64,000 nt of DNA from Squalus acanthias. Its lineage: Eukaryota. Position 1 is the first letter of the stretch. Each line of letters begins with the position of its first letter. The notes beneath the pieces were generated by a model, which was not told the DNA's origin, did no database searches, and saw nothing but the letters and a program-made list of their open reading frames with translations. Both the position numbers and the translations under genes were made by a program. The stretch is taken from NCBI GenBank assembly GCA_030390025.1, contig CM059433.1, forward strand, positions 13,704,001 through 13,768,000, written 5' to 3'. This document shows, piece by piece, positions 63,427 through 64,000 of the stretch.

Positions 63427-64000
63427 AGAGAATGCCATTGATGACTTTGGTTGGGGCTATTCCGGTGCTATGGGAGTGGCGAACACTGATCGGATACATT
63501 CAAACTGGGAGTTACGGAGGAAATGGGCATGGATCTGTGAGGTGACAACACTCAAGTACTTTGGAGAAGAAAGGGAAGTTAAGATGGGATCATAGTTCAC
63601 AAGGACAGAGAGGTCTGTTGTGATGATAAATTTGATCAGATTCACTACTTCACAGATCTATTTTTTTCTTCAGAGAAAAATTGTAACATTCGAATTTCTA
63701 TCTTGCATGGGTAATACATTTTTCCTACTTGCCCACTGACTTAGTAATCAGCAGATTTCTCAATATAATTAAGTCCCAGATGAACCTTTTCCTCTGATCT
63801 ATTAGTAGTGTCAATGTTTTGAAAACCTGTATTCTCAAGAATATAAACTGCCTGAGATAATTTTTATTGGTAAATCTAGTCACAATGAGGTAAGTAAGAA
63901 GCATTAGAAGGCAAAATATTGCTCCCTGTAGTCGAATGTTACAAGCTGAATTTCTCCACATGGTTTCGACAAGTTGGCAAAGGATTTTGTTTCTGAACAA

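Larger units (their letters stand above)
60820..63620 (-). mobile_element. Decayed L2-clade LINE with nested SINEs and a MITE
   Basis: ORF 61529-61756 GDIICRHGVSLHRYADNTQLYLS carries the L2-type YADD region. Confidence 0.75.

Noticed and set aside
59630..64000. Search for the SNTG2 terminal coding exon
   Set aside because: I found no frame resembling the syntrophin C-terminus by eye. ORF 63725-64000 has no recognisable similarity.

Overview
This is vertebrate, repeat-rich genomic DNA. Its repeat content (HE1-type V-SINE, Deu-domain SINEs, CR1 and L2 LINEs) points to a cartilaginous fish, probably a shark. The only host gene I can support is thyroid peroxidase (tpo) on the minus strand. Its first four coding exons are 21419-21326, 13017-12933, 11753-11584 and 5607-5475 (94/85/170/133 nt). 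They splice in frame, and the gene continues off the left edge. A candidate thyroid-type promoter lies just upstream of tpo, and a candidate minus-strand poly(A) site of an upstream gene lies near 56.2 kb. Everything else is transposon-derived. There is one near-full-length and many truncated CR1 LINEs, L2 remnants, several SINE families and more than 10 PIF/Harbinger-type TIR elements with 3-bp TSDs. The Harbinger set includes a three-exon Myb/SANT pseudogene and two elements stacked at one TCA site. There are also two nearly identical young TA-flanked MITEs, a 229-bp solo LTR and a Vingi/Ingi-like LINE 3' end. Three Penelope-type insertions carry minimal hammerhead-ribozyme motifs, and a ~1-kb unclassified element is bounded by 55-bp inverted repeats. 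I saw no intact autonomous transposon, rRNA, genuine tRNA or CRISPR array. Most ORFs in the supplied track are repeat-derived or spurious.
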